Shown: positions 62,407 through 64,000 of the stretch, piece after piece | Position numbering within the stretch: the first letter of the stretch is position 1 | Layout of the letters: the number at the start of each line of letters is the position of its first letter | Assembly: GCA_963720565.1 (NCBI GenBank) | Contig: CAVRFW010000006.1 | Location: forward strand, 1 to 64,000 | Length of the DNA: 64,000 nt | DNA from: Candidatus Bathyarchaeota archaeon | GTDB lineage: Archaea > Thermoproteota > Bathyarchaeia > Bathyarchaeales > Bathycorpusculaceae | Direction: 5' to 3' | Position numbers and translations under genes: made by a program | Notes under the pieces: model-generated | The model's input: only the letters and a program-made list of their open reading frames with translations | Told to the model about the DNA's origin: nothing | Databases searched by the model: none

Positions 62407-62646
62407 TTACCCTAGATTTTCTAAGTAATCCAGAAATTCACTCAATTCTTCTTTGTTCATGCTAGATATGGAAGTGCGTTCTGCCTTGATGTATTTGCGA
62501 AGGGCATCCAAGCAGTCTTTTGCTCTTACGTCTTTCCTAACGGTTTGGATTTGGTCACGTTCTATTTTTATTCTGTAGAGTGTCGCCAAGAAGGTTGCGA
62601 AGACGACTAGAGTGTTGCTCACTATGACTATGATTTCCAAGCTCAT
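62407..62646 (-). CDS. Small hypothetical membrane protein
   Basis: N-terminal TM followed by charged helix. Confidence 0.6.
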   Translation of the reverse strand: MSLEIIVIVSNTLVVFATFLATLYRIKIERDQIQTVRKDVRAKDCLDALRKYIKAERTSISSMNKEELSEFLDYLENLG

Positions 62647-62775
62647 ATTAATCGCCCCGTGTCCCTACCATGTAGAAAATCAATCTGTAATGAAGGGATA
62701 TATCATTTTTTAGGTGTGTGAAATCTTATTAGCCGTCAATATAGTATATCCAGTATATTCTCGGGGGTTTCCTTG

Positions 62776-64000
62776 TTGGAATACACGATAATCGCAGATG
62801 CTTACGAAAGAATCGAGGCGACTACGAAAAGGCTGGAAATGACTGATTTACTGGTGGAACTGCTGAAAAAAACCCCAAAGAGCACAATTGGCAAAGTTGT
62901 CTATTTGACACAAGGAAAGATATACCCAGATTTTGTCGGTTTAGAGATAGGTGTAGCTGAAAAACTTGCTGTCAAAGCCCTATCACGTGCTTCAGGGATA
63001 AAAAATGTCGAGCTTTCTAAACTCCTTGCCAAAATCGGTGACGTCGGCGAGGTGACAGAAGAAGTCATAAAAAGAAAAAAGCAAGCCACGTTAGGAGCAC
63101 CGAAAACCCTGACAGTTGAGCGAGTTTACGAAGTTCTAGACAAAATGGCTAAGACGCTGGGTTCAGGCGCCGTAGACTCCAAGATGGCGCTTTTGGCCGG
63201 ATTGCTGTCACATGCATCGCCTAAAGAGGCCAAATACATAATGCGAACCGTCACAGGCAACCTGCGCTTGGGCATCGCTGACATGACTGTTCTGGATGCT
63301 TTAGCGATAGCATACGGAGGCGGCAAAGAATCTCGCGAACTTGTAGAACGTGCTTACAACATCTCTTCTGACCTTGGCAGAGTGGCAAACGTCTTGGTTG
63401 AGAAGGGATTGGATGGAATAAAGAAGTTTCAAGTGATGGTTTTTGAGCCGATTCGGCCTATGTTGGCTGAGAGGCTGCCTTCTCTCGAAGAGATTTTGGA
63501 AAAACTTGGGGGAAAATGTATTGCCGAGTACAAGTATGATGGTGAACGCATCCAAGCGCATAAGAAAGATGACAGAGTAGTGTTGTTTTCCAGACGTTTG
63601 GAGAACATTTCCGACCAGTATCCAGACGCAGTTGAACTCATCAAAGATAAGATAAAAGCAAAGGAAGCTATACTAGAAGCTGAATGCGTAGCAATGGATC
63701 TTGAAACAGGCGAAATGAGACCATTCCAAGAGTTGATGCACCGCCGGAGAAAATACGGGGTTGAAGCCGCTATGGAGCAGTACCCCGTTTCGCTTTTCAT
63801 GTTTGACGCCCTCTACTTGGATGGGAAGGATTTGACGTTCGAAACTTATCCAACTCGACGAAAAGCTCTTGAAAACACGCTCAGGGGTAACGACACTGCC
63901 AAAGTGGCTAAACACATAATCGCGCATAGCACGAAAGAACTTGAGGAATTTTTTGAGGAAGCCATAGAGAACGGATGCGAAGGTTTGATTTGTAAAGCCA
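62776..64000 (+). CDS. lig: ATP-dependent DNA ligase (truncated by window end; not in ORF track)
   Basis: TTG start, (M)EYTIIADAYERIEATTKRLEM...LRLGIA...PIRPMLAE...EYKYDGERIQAH...FSRRLEN...EGLICK. Confidence 0.96.
   Translation, partial: MEYTIIADAYERIEATTKRLEMTDLLVELLKKTPKSTIGKVVYLTQGKIYPDFVGLEIGVAEKLAVKALSRASGIKNVELSKLLAKIGDVGEVTEEVIKRKKQATLGAPKTLTVERVYEVLDKMAKTLGSGAVDSKMALLAGLLSHASPKEAKYIMRTVTGNLRLGIADMTVLDALAIAYGGGKESRELVERAYNISSDLGRVANVLVEKGLDGIKKFQVMVFEPIRPMLAERLPSLEEILEKLGGKCIAEYKYDGERIQAHKKDDRVVLFSRRLENISDQYPDAVELIKDKIKAKEAILEAECVAMDLETGEMRPFQELMHRRRKYGVEAAMEQYPVSLFMFDALYLDGKDLTFETYPTRRKALENTLRGNDTAKVAKHIIAHSTKELEEFFEEAIENGCEGLICKA

Noticed and set aside
62901..63927. Minus-strand ORFs at the window end
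   Set aside because: Antisense shadows of the DNA ligase gene
1..64000. CRISPR arrays, transposases, integrases, selenocysteine/pyrrolysine readthrough
   Set aside because: None seen; the gene breaks examined are frame changes, not in-frame stops

Overview
Archaeal chromosomal segment, most likely Bathyarchaeia (inferred from the fused Rpo1 A'A'', unsplit Rpo2, rpl30e-nusA order, TACK-type tRNAs with BHB introns and the secreted beta-propeller/CARDB proteins). Housekeeping content includes the 5' part of a 23S rRNA gene with no 16S upstream and six tRNAs, one of them a tRNA-Leu with two introns. Protein genes include trmY, thiL, glyA-serA, dph6, a LonC-type protease, the RNA polymerase operon, porGDAB, secE-spt5-rpl11-rpl1-rpl10, dtdA, argF, mre11-rad50, rps10 and DNA ligase. 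The best candidate for an undescribed system is a six-gene operon (35821-40877). It couples a single double-cubane-type (DCCP-like) reductase to a BzdP/BzdQ-type two-subunit ATPase, a BzdM-like ferredoxin (missed by the ORF track), a NapH/MauN-type membrane Fe-S protein and a DsbD_2/TauE-like membrane protein. Also notable are a short Smc5/6-like ATPase-kleisin-KITE operon, an unannotated 48-aa gene behind a switch-like structured leader, and a heavily frameshifted island after tRNA-Pro encoding a STAND-TPR-Ig-KaiC-like protein. Isolated single-base insertions in essential genes suggest long-read assembly errors. No CRISPR array, transposase or integrase was seen. All family calls come from motif recognition by eye; no searches were run.
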